A stretch of 32,000 nucleotides of DNA, from the NCBI RefSeq assembly GCF_004102945.1, contig NZ_CP019384.1, positions 60,001 to 92,000 of the forward strand. Reading direction: 5' to 3'. The notes under the pieces were generated by a model. That model did no database searches and was not told where the DNA came from. It was given only the letters and a program-made list of their open reading frames with translations. This document shows, piece after piece, positions 1-32,000 of the stretch. The DNA comes from Candidatus Velamenicoccus archaeovorus. GTDB taxonomy: Bacteria > Omnitrophota > Gorgyraeia > Velamenicoccales > Velamenicoccaceae. The translations under genes were made by a program, and so were the position numbers. Every line of letters begins with the position of its first letter. Position 1 is the first letter of the stretch.

Positions 1-2
1 GC

Positions 3-32000
<31,998 letters not shown>

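Overview
One gene fills the whole window. On the + strand, the frame whose codons start at positions divisible by 3 (nt 3-32000) gives 10,666 consecutive sense codons with no TAA, TAG or TGA. I read it through by hand, and every motif I recognise between nt 3 and nt 31998 sits in that frame. The supplied ORF track cannot show it because the frame never meets a stop inside the window. All 32 plus-strand track ORFs start at positions that are 1 or 2 mod 3. All 15 minus-strand track ORFs of 170 aa or more (up to 712 aa) are codon-aligned antisense shadows of this frame. The product is a fragment of a mosaic giant membrane protein. The 3' end runs off the window. The 5' end is probably just upstream, because the first residues read ?[19 protein letters not shown]|AS, a twin-arginine-type leader. 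Recognisable modules, in order: (1) Tat-like leader; (2) SLT lytic transglycosylase 1; (3) a complete SecA-like ATPase; (4) a membrane block of roughly 12-15 helices; (5) SLT 2; (6) a GH72-like (fungal Gas/Gel/Phr-type) TIM-barrel glycanase/transglycosylase; (7) a coiled coil plus TM hairpin; (8) an apparently extracytoplasmic arm of about 3,450 residues, with two long coiled-coil stalks and beta-rich orphan sequence that includes a possible beta-barrel; (9) a GT48/FKS-like glucan-synthase-like membrane module; (10) an S/P-rich linker; (11) a eukaryote-type UDP-glucose pyrophosphorylase; (12) an orphan helical domain; (13) a GT-B alpha-glucan phosphorylase/glycogen-synthase-like domain; (14) a DUF218/YdcF-like domain; (15) a TM hairpin; (16) a duplicated multi-TM module flanking an ER/K helix plus J domain (HPD); (17) the start of a possible carboxylate-amine ligase-like domain. 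I see no intergenic DNA, promoter, terminator, RNA gene, CRISPR array or mobile element. The gene size, the muralytic content and the scattered TM clusters resemble the giant genes reported from Omnitrophota metagenomes, but taxonomy cannot be established from this window. All domain calls come from motif recognition by eye against remembered family signatures, not from database searches.
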